DNA from: a virus
Lineage: Duplodnaviria; Caudoviricetes
Reading direction: 5' to 3' (one strand)
Length of the DNA stretch: 64,000 nt
IMG/VR virus record: IMGVR_UViG_3300021511_000007
Location: 1,191 to 65,190 of that record
The notes under the pieces are model-generated. The model was not told where the DNA came from, did no database searches, and saw nothing but the letters and a program-made list of their open reading frames with translations. Made by a program: the position numbers and the translations under genes. Of the stretch, positions 63,918 to 64,000 are shown in pieces (the first letter of the stretch is position 1; each line of letters starts with the position of its first letter).

Positions 63918-64000
63918 TCGCCGGGTACGGGTCCGGGTCCGGGTACGGGGACGGGTACGGGGACGGGTACGGGTCCGGGTCCGGGTCCGGGTACGGGTCC
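63914..64000 (+). CDS. Gly-Tyr/Gly-Ser/Gly-Asp repeat protein, partial
   Basis: ATGA-coupled; MIAGYGSGSGYGDGYGDGYGSG... encoded by 6-bp repeats; runs off the window. Confidence 0.6.
   Translation, partial: MIAGYGSGSGYGDGYGDGYGSGSGSGYGS

Noticed and set aside
1-64000. Integron integrase, phage integrase, tRNA or rRNA genes
   Set aside because: No ORF with tyrosine- or serine-recombinase motifs and no tRNA or rRNA sequence was recognised. They could lie outside the window.

Overview
The window is 64 kb of a tailed dsDNA phage genome with podovirus-like organisation. No integrase or integron integrase is visible. From left to right: a minus-strand late operon (terminase, portal, GroES, scaffold, major capsid, adaptor, lysis and tail genes, running off the left edge); a short early cluster; an iteron- and palindrome-rich putative origin at about 24 kb; a leftward replication/recombination operon (NTPase/helicase, VRR-NUC, SbcC, SbcD, Gp3-like); a divergent Cro-type switch; a rightward operon (SSB, DUF5131, C5 methyltransferase, SF2 helicase); a 5'-truncated group II intron; and a 4,299-aa polyvalent virion protein with ART-like and LPD-like domains. 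The main observation is that the small accessory genes are packaged as integron-type gene cassettes. About 12 complete and several partial attC-like sites form four clusters (28.0-30.4, 33.1-36.2, 43.7-46.8 and 62.3-62.9 kb). Many cassettes have exactly complementary GTT.../...AAC ends. The phage genes run opposite to the normal integron orientation, often starting inside the attC and stopping on the TAA of the core site. Two arrays are headed by a duplicated 52-bp attI-like site, and a third has a group II intron inserted in its first GTT core. One conventional, AT-rich host-type cassette has also been captured. I infer a phage cassette-exchange system that borrows a host integrase. All calls come from reading the sequence by eye; no database searches were run.
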